A DNA stretch of 64,000 nucleotides from an uncultured Actinomycetota bacterium. Its GTDB lineage: Bacteria > Actinomycetota > Acidimicrobiia > Acidimicrobiales > Bog-793. A model generated the notes under the pieces. The model did no database searches. It worked only from the letters and a program-made list of their open reading frames with translations, and was not told the origin of the DNA. This document shows, one piece after another, positions 18,872-28,511 of the stretch. A program made the position numbers and the translations under genes. The stretch lies in assembly GCA_963764805.1 (NCBI GenBank), contig CAVXUB010000002.1:769028-833027 (forward strand), in the 5' to 3' direction. Numbering within the stretch: the first letter of the stretch is position 1; each line of letters opens with the position of its first letter.

Positions 18872-19897
18872 ATGTCGCCCGCGATGACCGGTTCTGATTC
18901 CGTGATCGTGTGGCTGCTCGACTCGGACCCCTCCGTCCGTTGGCAGGTGATGCGGGACCTTCTGGATGCTCCCGAACCGGAGTGGACCGCCGAGCGGGCG
19001 CGGGTGGAGACCGAGGGCTGGGGCGGGGCGCTCTTGTCGTACGAGGACGAGGACGGGCAGTGGGCTGGCGGCGCGTTCGTCCCGAGCGGTTTCGACTTCA
19101 GCGAGTGGGAGGAGGTGGGGCAGCCGTGGACGGCCACCACCTTCACCCTGTCGCAGCTGCGGGAGTACGGGATCGATCCCTCCTCGCGACGCATCAGGCG
19201 GTCGATCGATCTGATCGGGGCCAATTCGCGCTGGGACCATGACGGTCAGCCGTATTGGGAGGGCGAGGTCGAAGAGTGCATCAACGGCCGGGTAGTTGCG
19301 CAGGGTGCCTACTTCGGCGTCGACGTGTCGCCGATCGTCGAGCGTTTGGTGGGCGAACGCCTGCCGGACGGCGGCTGGAACTGTGAGCGCCCGAACGGCT
19401 CGGTCCGCTCCTCGTTCGCCACCACAATCAACGTCCTGGAGGGCCTGCTCGAGCACGAACGGGCCACAGGGGGCACGCCCGAGTCCCTGGCGGCCCGCAA
19501 GTCAGGAGAGGAATACCTGCTCGAGCGCCACCTGTACCGTCGCCTCAGCACAGGCGAACCCGCAGACGAGCTGTTCCTGAAGTTCCTGCACCCCTACCGC
19601 TGGCGGTACGACGTGCTGCGGGCACTCGACTACTTCCGCGAGGCTGCCGTGTTTCGGCAGGTGCCACCCGATCCGAGACTCGCAGAGGCGGTCGACCATG
19701 TGCGCTCGAAGCGACTCGAGGACGGCACCTGGCTCCTCGATTGGTGCCTGCCGGGACGCGTCTGGTTCGACATGGGCGAGCGGGAGGGAGAACCCTCCCG
19801 TTGGGTGACGCTTCGCGCCCTGCGAGTACTCCGCTGGTGGGACAGCTGGCAAGATGGCTCTCGATCGCCTGCTTCGCACCTCTGGGAGGGAACGTGA
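18872..19897 (+). CDS. Prenyltransferase / squalene-cyclase-like alpha-alpha toroid repeat protein
   Basis: Repeated DGGW/DGTW-type motifs (RLPDGGWNCERP, RLEDGTWLLDW, DEDGQWAGG). An internal ATG is preceded by GAGGAAGG. Confidence 0.7.
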   Translation: MSPAMTGSDSVIVWLLDSDPSVRWQVMRDLLDAPEPEWTAERARVETEGWGGALLSYEDEDGQWAGGAFVPSGFDFSEWEEVGQPWTATTFTLSQLREYGIDPSSRRIRRSIDLIGANSRWDHDGQPYWEGEVEECINGRVVAQGAYFGVDVSPIVERLVGERLPDGGWNCERPNGSVRSSFATTINVLEGLLEHERATGGTPESLAARKSGEEYLLERHLYRRLSTGEPADELFLKFLHPYRWRYDVLRALDYFREAAVFRQVPPDPRLAEAVDHVRSKRLEDGTWLLDWCLPGRVWFDMGEREGEPSRWVTLRALRVLRWWDSWQDGSRSPASHLWEGT

Positions 19898-20086
19898 CAG
19901 AGCCGCGAGAGGAACCGACCAAGCCCGCACCGCGCAAAGGTTTCGTCGAGATTCCCACGGAGTGGGATCAGATGAGCCGAGGCCGAACAGGACGAAGCCC
20001 TCGAGCGCATGGTGGATGCGATCTACGACTCCCTCGGCATCAACCCCGAGTCGGGGACGCCGGATCGTCAGCCTCCGCCGGACTGA
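19894..20086 (+). CDS. Possible small acidic protein (about 63 aa), reconstructed across a 1-bp insertion
   Basis: GTGA overlap with the upstream stop. VTEPREEPTKPAPRKGFVEIPTEWDQMS continues as EAEQDEALERMVDAIYDSLGINPESGTPDRQPPPD if one C near 19988 is removed. Confidence 0.3.
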
Positions 20087-20112
20087 AGCCCACCTTTGGC
20101 GGATTGATCCCG

Positions 20113-21508
20113 TCAGCGCGTCGCCGTCTCCACCAAGTCGAGAGCCAATCGGGTGTCCACTTGCAGACGGAACCTACCTCGCCCCGTCTTGTGGATCCGG
20201 ATGGCGGCTTGGCTCTCGTCGAGGCGTCGCTTCAGCAGCACCAGCCGGTTCTCGAAGTTGTCGCGAAACTCAGGCAGCTCCAACGACGGGTCCAGCCTGA
20301 CCTCCCGGTTGGTGAAGTCGACACGGCCCTCGTCTCGGTGCTGGCGGAGCAGTGACCAGAGCAACCGCCCGGCCACACCTCTGATGAGGTAGTCACCGTC
20401 GAGGAAGGTGCTCCCGTCCACTGGGAAGAAGCGGACGTGCGTCGTGCTTCCTGTGGCCGGGAGCGGATCCGCCGTCTGGTCGACACCGGCGGGAGACGCA
20501 TCCGTGGCTCGATCGCGGACCCGCTCGATCTCGATCGCGTTCCCCACCAGGGAGGCCACCACAGTGAGGAGTGACTCGTCCTCCTCGTTGAAAGCCAGGG
20601 CATCGGTACTCTCGACGACGAGAACCCCGACGAGCTGGCCGAGGGCCATCGTGGGAACCGCCAGACGGCTCCCAGCGTTGGGGAGGCCGGGCAGCGGGAC
20701 GTCCTGCCCAGGGCCGATCTCTCCGTGCTCCTCGTACGTCCGGCGCAACCCTCTCGCGTACTTGCCCATCTGGTTCAGGTTGCCAAGGCGGATCGGATGG
20801 CAGCGGGCCGCGGCCATCCCGACGATCCCCTCGCCGACCGATAGCTCCGAGCCCACCCCTTCGGCCTCGTACCCGCGGCTGGCGATGGTATAGAGGCGGG
20901 TGCCGGCCTCGTCGAGCAGCATCAGCGCACAATTCCGGTAGCCGAACAGGTCGGCCAGGCCGTCGACGGTGGAACTCACGAGCGTGTTCAGATCGGGGCA
21001 CCGCCCCAATCGGGAACTGAGCTCGGCCAGTCGCGCAGGGACGTCCGTCGTGGCAAGCGCGGTTCCGGACCGGGATCTCCGCGCTTTCGGCGCGGGACGG
21101 AACCGCCTCGATGTGCAGGACGCGATAGATGTCGGCTCCTCGGAGCTTGAACACGCCTTGCATTCCCTGCAGCGCTGCCACCGCCTCCACGTCCTCGTGC
21201 AGCAGCTCGAAGACCTTTCCCCGCCGGTCTGTCCGCTCGTAGACCAGAGACAGCCGGTACTGCCGGAAGCTGGAGGGATCGAGGAGGACGACACTGGCCC
21301 GCGGGTTCTCAGCCAGGTTCCGCGAGGTCTTGGAGAAGAACTGGTTTGACAGCGCGATGCGCTCGTCGTCGACCATTCGCACGCGAGACAGGTAGGTGAT
21401 GTTCGGCGTCCCGTCGGCTGAGGCTGTGGCCACCACGGCGGGCTTGACGCCCTCGAAGCACAAACGAAGCTCTCCCAGCGGGATTGTGGCGGACTGGTCC
21501 AGGGTCAT
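20113..21508 (-). CDS. PNPOx-like (FMN-binding split-barrel) / GAF / C-terminal putative DNA-binding sensor protein; frame break at about 21060-21085
   Basis: The N-terminal 150 aa are PNPOx-like (ADGTPNITYLSRVRMVDDERIALSNQFFSKT). A GAF domain follows (VDGLADLFGYRNCALMLLDE...GIVGMAA...LAVPTMALGQLVGVLVVES). The two parts lie in different frames, with no stop in the first frame. Confidence 0.75.
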
Positions 21509-22005
21509 GGCGATGAGGAGGTCATCGCTGCGCCGGCGCCAGGACCCGGCGTCTGGTCGAAGAGCTCCTCCACCTCGACGGTGCAAGCGATGAAGTCCTC
21601 GGGTGCCAGAAGTTCGAGGAGCCGGCGCTCCGTCCGGTCGGTGTCCTCGATAACCGAGAAGAACCCCTCTCTGTAGCGGTCCACTGCCTCTCGATCAGCC
21701 TCCGAGGGCGATTCGGGCAGCCCGGCCCATCCCTTCAGCTGGACTGCCCGCATGGCCCGCGGGTCGCCGGCGATCATGGCGACGCGACGCCGGCCCCGTT
21801 CCGTCACTAGCTGGGCCAAGTCGTCCGCCGGCAACACGAGCCGAACCTCGGCGGGGTCGTGGCAAAGGACGGTGAGTCCCCAGCCGCGGGTGGCATACGG
21901 AGCCCCATCTGGCTGAACGATCGCAGCGAACAGCACGTACCGGCCCGCCAGCAGGTCGGCCACCGAGCCTTCGATCCGAGCGCGTCGGCCTTCATTCGCC
22001 CGCAT
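21505..22005 (-). CDS. Pyridoxamine 5-prime-phosphate oxidase family protein
   Basis: Split-barrel-like sequence of 166 aa. An ATGA overlap with the downstream PNPOx-GAF gene implies translational coupling. Confidence 0.75.
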   Translation of the reverse strand: MRANEGRRARIEGSVADLLAGRYVLFAAIVQPDGAPYATRGWGLTVLCHDPAEVRLVLPADDLAQLVTERGRRRVAMIAGDPRAMRAVQLKGWAGLPESPSEADREAVDRYREGFFSVIEDTDRTERRLLELLAPEDFIACTVEVEELFDQTPGPGAGAAMTSSSP

Positions 22006-22125
22006 AAGACGTTTTTAGCATCCACCTATGCAACTTTGGGGAGCGGCAGCTCACCCACCTGCTCATGATGGTCTCGACACCGCGGCGCTGCCCGCAGAGC
22101 GGCCGCCACAGCCAGGAGGACCTCC

Positions 22126-22821
22126 ATGACCCTCAGCCATGCGACCGATATCGACATCTCGACTGTCGACATCTTGCGCGACATCCACAAGGGCCTACGC
22201 GCCGAGCTCTTCTCGGTCACGGGCGCGGCGGGGAGGATCGACCCTGCATCGGCCGCTGCTCGGCAAGAGCTGGCAGCCCATGTCCGCCAGCTCGTCGGGG
22301 TCCTCGAAAGCCACGCCGCCCACGAGGACACCACCCTGCAGCCAGTCCTCCGCGAGCAACTACCGGACCTGTTCTCGCGGATCGAGACCGATCACGAAGT
22401 TCTGGACCGGCGCACCTCCCGGTTGGCCGTCTTGGCCGACGAGACCGCCGAAAGCGGTCCGCAGACGGCCGGTGCTGCCATGCGCAACCTCTACCTGGAG
22501 CTGGCATCCTTCACCGGTGCCTACCTGATCCACCAGGACCTCGAGGAGACAACAGTTCTGCCCGCGCTGGCGGCCGCCGTGGGGCCCGAGGCGATGCGCG
22601 AGATCCACGCCAGCATCCTTGCCGCTCTACCGCCAGAAGAGAAGGCACGCTCCCTGGCGTTCATGCTTCCAGCGATGAACATCGACAACCGGGAGGAGTT
22701 GCTCTCCGAGATTCGCTCCTCGGCGCCTCCCCCGGCCTTCGAGGGAGTCCTCGGCTTGGCCAACGCCGTCCTTGACGCTGACGAATATGCCGCTCTCGCC
22801 GTTCGGCTGGGTGTCGCGTGA
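22126..22821 (+). CDS. Hemerythrin (HHE cation-binding) domain protein
   Basis: Spacing is typical of hemerythrin-like His/Glu ligand motifs (DILRDIHKGLRAEL, ESHAAHEDTTL, YLIHQDLEE). Confidence 0.8.
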   Translation: MTLSHATDIDISTVDILRDIHKGLRAELFSVTGAAGRIDPASAAARQELAAHVRQLVGVLESHAAHEDTTLQPVLREQLPDLFSRIETDHEVLDRRTSRLAVLADETAESGPQTAGAAMRNLYLELASFTGAYLIHQDLEETTVLPALAAAVGPEAMREIHASILAALPPEEKARSLAFMLPAMNIDNREELLSEIRSSAPPPAFEGVLGLANAVLDADEYAALAVRLGVA

Positions 22822-22828
22822 CGCATCG

Positions 22829-23380
22829 ATGACGACCTCCATCAGATCTTCGGCAGCGGTTCTGCGCCAGCATCGGGGTCCAAACCGAATGGCACGAACC
22901 CTGAACCGGCTGACGTCCCCCGACAACGGTCCAGGCTTCACCCTGAGGCTCCATCGATGGCTCTACCGGGCAACTGACGGTCGCCTCGGTCACGGCCTCA
23001 TCGGCGCGCCAACGCTCCTGTTGTGCACGACCGGCAGGCGGAGCGGCCAGCCTCGAGTCACGCCGGTCGTCTACGTCCAGGCTCACGGGCAGATGGTGAT
23101 CGGAGCTACCAATGGTGGCAAAGGAAGGCCGGCCTGGTTCTACAACCTCCTGGCCGATCCTCACGTCGAGATCCAGATCGGACGCCAGCGCCTGGGCGCC
23201 ACCGCCAGCGTGCTCGACCCCATGCATCCCGAATACAAAGGTGCCTGGCACCAACTGGACCGGGTCACCAACGGACGCTTCACCGCATATCGGTCCCGCT
23301 CGCCTGGCAGGTACATCCCTCTAGTCTTCCTAGCTGTCGACGGTGCCGTCGGTCCCGACGAACGGTGTGATGGCGCTTAG
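22829..23380 (+). CDS. Deazaflavin (F420)-dependent nitroreductase family protein (DDN-like)
   Basis: Family motifs LLLCTTGRRSGQPRVTPVVY, GATNGGKGRPAWFYNLLADPHVEIQ and IPLVFL. An alternative start lies at 22889. Confidence 0.8.
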   Translation: MTTSIRSSAAVLRQHRGPNRMARTLNRLTSPDNGPGFTLRLHRWLYRATDGRLGHGLIGAPTLLLCTTGRRSGQPRVTPVVYVQAHGQMVIGATNGGKGRPAWFYNLLADPHVEIQIGRQRLGATASVLDPMHPEYKGAWHQLDRVTNGRFTAYRSRSPGRYIPLVFLAVDGAVGPDERCDGA

Positions 23381-23657
23381 CCTGTCGGCGTGATCTATCA
23401 CTTGCTTCCGAGGCGGGACTGGGAGGGCGCGGCGCGACGCGGACGAGGTCGCTACGCCGGGGGGAGAGGGCTTTGTCCACTGCTGCGACGAGCACCAGGT
23501 GGGTCCCGTCCGCTCGCAGTGGTTCGACCGCGACATCGATGTAGTAGCACTTCGTCTGGATCCGAGGACGCTCGCCGCCGAGACGCGCTACGAGCCGGAT
23601 TCGTTGGGCGAAGACGAGCGCTTCCCGCACGTCTACGGCAATGTTCGATCCGCGGAT
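23374..23657 (+). repeat. Direct repeat, copy A (about 284 bp, roughly 95 percent identical to 27504-27787)
   Basis: Aligned by eye base by base. The offset is 4129 bp. Weaker similarity extends about 25 bp further upstream, into the DDN gene's 3-prime end. Confidence 0.85.
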
Positions 23658-23726
23658 CGGCGGGATCGCGAATCAAGGACAATCCGTGGTCTCTTGCGCT
23701 CCAGCTCCCCTAGCCACGACGGGTAG
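23390..23726 (+). pseudogene. DUF952 gene copy A, frameshifted and with a divergent 3-prime end
   Basis: Near-identical to the intact copy at 27519-27818, except for an extra G at about 23427 and loss of similarity after about 23657. Confidence 0.75.
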
Positions 23727-23903
23727 ACGGCCGGTCGATGAGGCCTGGTAGAGACCGCAGTTTTCGCCGCCTATGCAGGCTGCGCGTCGGACCGACGCTC
23801 TTCGCATTCCTGATTTCGCGACCTCGAGGAAGCGCATATCTTCTCTGGCGTAAAGTTGCATTGCCCGGCCGGTGATACCCGCTGGGGATCAATCGGAGGT
23901 GTC

Positions 23904-25872
23904 GTGTTGCGTCGACCGAGGAGCACGAGTCGAGCTCTTGTGGGTGCACTGGTTGTCGGCGCCATCCTCGCCAGCACCGGCGGACGCGGAGCCGCCGACG
24001 TGACTGCGGGCGTGAGGCTTTCCAACGGACGGCGCCGTGAAGTCGCCCACCCCGGTCGGCGCCACCTGGACGACCGACCACGTGCCGGCCGGGATCACGG
24101 CGGTAGGAGAGCCGGTCTGCCCGACCGTCCTCGACTGCTGGGCGCTCGCATCCGGCGCATCAGGCGTCGAGGGCATCCTGGCCACCACCGACGGCGGCGC
24201 GTCGTGGAGCCTGCAATCGGCACCAAACGCGTCCGACCTCGGGGCGCTGTCCTGTGCGCCCGGGACCTCGGATTGCTGGGCTGTCGGAACGATCGGAGCC
24301 TGGGACGGCGCCGTGATCGATGCGCAGGATGACGACCAGGGGTGGAGTTCCCAACAAGTACCGGGCGGCGTCGGCGCGCTGGTGTCGATCTCGTGCCCGA
24401 CGGCCCTCGAGTGTGTGGCCGGGGGTGCCATCTTCGCCGGAGGAAACGCTGACGACGGAGCCGACGTCGTGGTCACAACCGACGGAGGTTCGTCATGGAC
24501 CGCCAACCCTTTGGCGAACACGTTCAACGGCAATGTCAATGGGATCTCCTGCCCCAGCACCTCGGACTGCGTCGCCACTATCAACGAGCACACCTCGTCT
24601 TCCATCATGATCAGCACGAATGGCGGTGAGACCTGGACATACCAGTTCGAAGTCGACAGTCTGAGCAGCGCCGGATTGACCGGAATCTCGTGCCCCACGA
24701 CAAGTACCTGCTACGTGGTCGGTCAGAGCCAGCATGTCTCGAAGTTCGGGGCGGTGATTGCGGTGACCACCGATGGCGGCGTGCACTGGTCCGGGGAAAC
24801 GCCGCCCGCGGGCGCCAGCACGATCGGGCTCGACGGGATCTCCTGCCCGACAATCTCGAACTGCTGGACGAGCGACGGCGGCTCGCTCTTCAAGACCACG
24901 ACCAGTTCCTTCTTCGAAACAACCGACGGCGGCTCGACGTGGTCAGCCGCCGGACCATCCGTACCGGACGGAAACTTCTCGGCCCCGACGTGTCCGGATG
25001 GATCGACCTGCGTCGCCGGCGGCACATTGCCAGGCAGCTCCCAGAGGGGGCTCGTCGCCTCCACCCTCGACGCTGAGGGACTCGGCTGTGACGGGACGCT
25101 TCCTGTCGGCGAGGCTGCCGGTCTGGCAGCCGACCCCGACGGAGGGGGCTACTGGCTCGCCTCGACCGGCGGTGGCGTGGTGGCCTGCGGCACGTCCACG
25201 TTCTACGGTTCTCTCCCCGTTGAGCAGAAGACGCCGAGCGCTCCCATCGTCGCCATCACGGCGGCGACGGGCGGGAACGGCTATTACCTCCTCGCCCGGG
25301 ATGGCGCCGTCTACGGGTTCGGACCGGGAGCAACCGTCTCCGGTTCGGGACCCCCCGCTGCAGCGCCTTACGTGGGGATGGCGGTAGACGGCGGCTACTG
25401 GCTCGTCTCTGCCGACGGCGGGGTGTTCAGCTTCGGCGTGCCCTATCGGGGCTCATTGCCAGGGCTCGGTATTCGTGTCCACGACATCGTTGGCATCGCG
25501 GCCGACACGACCACTGAGGGGTACTGGCTGGTCGGGGCGGACGGCGGGGTCTTCAGCTTCCGTGCTCCCTTTCGCGGCTCGTTGCCAGGCCTCGGGGTGC
25601 ACGTGGACGACATCACGGCGATGACCGGCGGCCCAGGGGACGTCCAGGACTACTACCTTTTCGGATCTGATGGCGGGGTGTTCGCATTCGGTTCGGGGCT
25701 CACGTTTTGTGGGTCGGCGGCGGGGCGGATCTCCTCACCGGTAGTCGCAGCGGCGGTCTACCCCCTCGGTGGCTACTGGCTGATCGGGCGCGATGGCGCG
25801 ATCTATGGGTTCGACTCCCCTGACGACGGCAGCGCCTGGTCACCGTCCGGGCTTCATACCCCAATCTGCTAG
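23904..25872 (+). CDS. Secreted BNR/Asp-box repeat plus GYWLV-DGGVFSFG beta-propeller-like repeat protein; frame break at about 24000-24016
   Basis: GGAGG precedes GTG 23904, and the signal peptide VLRRPRSTSRALVGALVVGAILAS lies in frame 0. The body lies in frame 1: six T(T/S)DGGxxW BNR motifs, each followed by ISCP..x.C, then five or more GYWL(V/A)..DGG(V/I)F.FG repeats. Confidence 0.75.
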
Positions 25873-25989
25873 GGGTCCTCGCGAGGGCTACCGCGCTGCG
25901 CGCTGCCCCGGGGAGTAGACGCGACCTCCAACGTCCGCTTGCCACGGACGCGGCCGGCTGTCACGATCTGTCAGAAGGGGGCCCCCACC

Positions 25990-27018
25990 ATGAGATTCGG
26001 CCACAGCATTGGATTCGCAGCGTCCGTCGCTGCCGCGCTCGTCATCGCCACACCGTCGCTTGCCGGAGCGACCAACGCCGCCCATCCGGTGAGAACATCG
26101 GCACCGCACAATACGAGCACGACCTATGTTCTCGACGACGGCAGCTCGGTCACCGTCGACAAGAGCCCGTGGGTCATGTCGGTCGGTTACGACTCGCTCT
26201 CCGCGCCCAACGCGGTGACGATCGGTCTCGAACGGGTGATGACGTCGACCCAGTTCGAGACCCATGTCTGGTACTTTCCTGCCAGCAAGACGAGCCCTTT
26301 CAGTTTCGATACCAAGACTGACGGCGCGACCCTCAAGGCGACGAACGCGATCGCATCGGTCAGCCTGACCTTCAAAGAGACGAGCTCCAAGAAGGGGAGC
26401 TGCTCCAGCGGCAGCGAGACGCTCTACACGGGCACGCTGAGCGGCACGGTGAAGCTCAACACCGAGCTGAAGCCTGCTGGCACCGTGACCGCGACCACCT
26501 GGACCGCCAAGGGGAGCACCCCCACGGTCACCGTCGATGCCGGCTGCATCCCCCCGGCAGCCGATGACTGCCTGCCGGCGACAGTGGTGTCGTCAGGTAC
26601 CACAGGCGTCGATGCCGAGGGCGTCGAGGGGACCGCCGACGGCGTGAAGGCGGACGAGGTCTCTGTTATCCAGGTGGCATCAGTCCCGCAAGTGTCAGGT
26701 ACTAAGCGGGATGACGGTGCGCTCCTCGACGGTCCGACGATCAAGCCCAATGCGACCGGCACGTCGGTCTCGCTCACGGCCGGGACGTCCGGCTCCGTGA
26801 CAGGTTCGGCTACGGCAAGCGACAGCAAGCCGATGTCCTTTACAGAGAAGTGCACCTACGCCGGCAAGACCTACAACCTCAAGCTCATCGTTGGCTCGCC
26901 GGCCAAGTGGACGAGTCCATCGGGAAAGCAGCTCGTCGGCCATACCGTGCTCACCGGGAACCTGACCGTCCCGGCGAGCACCAACTCCGGCCTGTACGAG
27001 GTCGTGACGGTCACCTGA
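25990..27018 (+). CDS. Secreted hypothetical Thr/Ser/Gly-rich protein
   Basis: AGAAGGGGG precedes ATG 25990. The signal peptide is MRFGHSIGFAASVAAALVIATPSLAGA. Confidence 0.7.
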   Translation: MRFGHSIGFAASVAAALVIATPSLAGATNAAHPVRTSAPHNTSTTYVLDDGSSVTVDKSPWVMSVGYDSLSAPNAVTIGLERVMTSTQFETHVWYFPASKTSPFSFDTKTDGATLKATNAIASVSLTFKETSSKKGSCSSGSETLYTGTLSGTVKLNTELKPAGTVTATTWTAKGSTPTVTVDAGCIPPAADDCLPATVVSSGTTGVDAEGVEGTADGVKADEVSVIQVASVPQVSGTKRDDGALLDGPTIKPNATGTSVSLTAGTSGSVTGSATASDSKPMSFTEKCTYAGKTYNLKLIVGSPAKWTSPSGKQLVGHTVLTGNLTVPASTNSGLYEVVTVT

Positions 27019-27053
27019 CGGCAGGGGCGGGCACAGGAAGGAAGGTGCTAACA

Positions 27054-27302
27054 ATGCAACGACAATCTGCCCGTCGCCGCTTCAGCAGTCCTACCGGTCT
27101 CGCCGAGTCGAGCGGCGATCTCTGGGTGACCAACTTCGGCGGCCCCAGCGTCACGGAGATCAACTCCTCCACCGGTGCCTTCGTGCAGGTCATCAAGGGC
27201 AGCAAGTACCAGTTCCTCGGTCCGGAGTTCATCGCCGCCGACTCGGCGCACATCTGGGTGCCGAACGGTGAGCGGGAGTCCGTTTCCGAGATCACCACGT
27301 AA
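27054..27302 (+). CDS. Short NHL/beta-propeller-like fragment (82 aa), possibly a gene remnant
   Basis: GGAAGGAAGG precedes the ATG. The single-blade-like sequence is SSGDLWVTNFGGPSVTEINSSTGAFV...AHIWVPNG. There is no signal peptide. Confidence 0.35.
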   Translation: MQRQSARRRFSSPTGLAESSGDLWVTNFGGPSVTEINSSTGAFVQVIKGSKYQFLGPEFIAADSAHIWVPNGERESVSEITT

Positions 27303-27503
27303 TCAGCGGGATCGACGCCCGCCCGCTCGCTCAGCAGCTTTTCCAGCCTTCCGTTTCGTCTTCAAGCACCTGAACGGGCCGGCGGTTGGTCTCGCCGCCA
27401 CTCCGGCCCGCCGCGGATACGTGCCGAGTCAGGACTTCACCAGCTCCCCGACCGGGCGAGAAGCCTGCCCGACTTCGACGGGGCGACGAACTGAGCGAGC
27501 GCG

Positions 27504-27787
27504 GCTTAGCCTCTCGGCGTGATCTACCACTTGCTTACGAAGAAGGAGTGGGAGGCGCGGCGCGACGCGGACGAGGTCGCTACGCCGGGGGCAGAGGGCT
27601 TTGTCCACTGCTGCGACGAGCACCAGGTGGGTCCCGTCCGCTCGCAGTGGTTCGACCGCGACATCGATGTAGTAGCACTTCGTCTGGATCCGACGACGCT
27701 CGCCGCCGAGACGCGCTACGAGCCGGGTTCGTTGGGCGAAGACGAGCGCTTCCCGCACGTCTACGGCAATGTTCGGTCCGCGGATGT
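27504..27787 (+). repeat. Direct repeat, copy B (partner of 23374-23657)
   Basis: See copy A. Confidence 0.85.
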
Positions 27788-27818
27788 GCTCAGCGTCATC
27801 GACCTCGAGGTTCACTAG
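27519..27818 (+). CDS. DUF952 domain protein (intact copy)
   Basis: GTG start. The full 99-aa sequence is IYHLLTKKEWEARRDADEVATPGAEGFVHCCDEHQVGPVRSQWF...ERFPHVYG. Confidence 0.85.
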   Translation: MIYHLLTKKEWEARRDADEVATPGAEGFVHCCDEHQVGPVRSQWFDRDIDVVALRLDPTTLAAETRYEPGSLGEDERFPHVYGNVRSADVLSVIDLEVH

Positions 27819-27941
27819 GCGGCTGATGACGGTCTCATCGCGGAGGCGTGGAGACAATCATGCTCGCTGAAGGTCCCCCGATCGCCGGCCCTCGAGCCGC
27901 CGAAGCCAAGAGGAAGCCTTCCTGACAAGAGGAGATCGACG

Positions 27942-28247
27942 ATGCCGGCAGCCCTGAAGGTGACGCACAAGGCAATCGGGGCGGAGGTCCGTCGCCGCGC
28001 TTACGAAGTCGTGGTTGATGGTCGCGGTGCCGGGTCCGTCGAGATGAACGGCACGATCGAGATACCAATCGAACCTGGACGTCACACCGTGCAGGTTCGC
28101 GTCGGCCGGGACTCCAGCCGCAGCGAGGCTTTCGAGGCTGCCGACGGCGAGACCGTCTCCTTCCGATGCACCGGGAAGCGGTTCTTGCCGATCTTCCTTG
28201 CGTCTTTCGTCGTTCCCAGCTTGGCGCTCAAGCTCAAGCGGGAGTAG
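27942..28247 (+). CDS. Small hypothetical protein with a C-terminal hydrophobic anchor
   Basis: GAGGAG precedes ATG 27942. 101 aa, ending in FLPIFLASFVVPSLAL. Confidence 0.45.
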   Translation: MPAALKVTHKAIGAEVRRRAYEVVVDGRGAGSVEMNGTIEIPIEPGRHTVQVRVGRDSSRSEAFEAADGETVSFRCTGKRFLPIFLASFVVPSLALKLKRE

Positions 28248-28280
28248 TCACGTCCGATCAACCTGGGAGGGTCGTCGGAT

Positions 28281-28363
28281 TGTGACGTTGGGACCAAATT
28301 ACGAGGGAGCTATGTGTGCAATTGCGTCCAAGTGTCATTCCAAGATTGCGTCCAAGTGTCACA
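28281..28363. repeat. About 83-bp inverted-repeat unit: one forward and two reverse copies of the TGTGAC..GGAC(G/C)CAAT motif
   Basis: Forward copy TGTGACGTTGGGACCAAAT at 28281. Reverse copies ATTGCGTCCAAGTGTCA at 28321 and 28345. The termini read TGTGAC...GTCACA. Confidence 0.7.
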
Positions 28364-28511
28364 TCGAACGACGGTTCGAAGTGCTACGCCGAACGGCAAC
28401 CGCACGAGCTCCGGGCGGGAGCATCGTCACGGTTCCGTGTGCACCGATTGGCGACTGCAAGGCTGAACGGCCTCTCGCCGGCCGATACCCACCAGAGAGC
28501 CGGCGTTGGCG

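Noticed and set aside
28364-28420. A tRNA gene or tRNA-derived att site at the island edges (for example GGTTCGAAG at about 28375).
   Set aside because: There are no flanking acceptor or anticodon stems, and nowhere in the window did I find a convincing T-arm with matching cloverleaf arms. No tRNA, rRNA or tmRNA is called.
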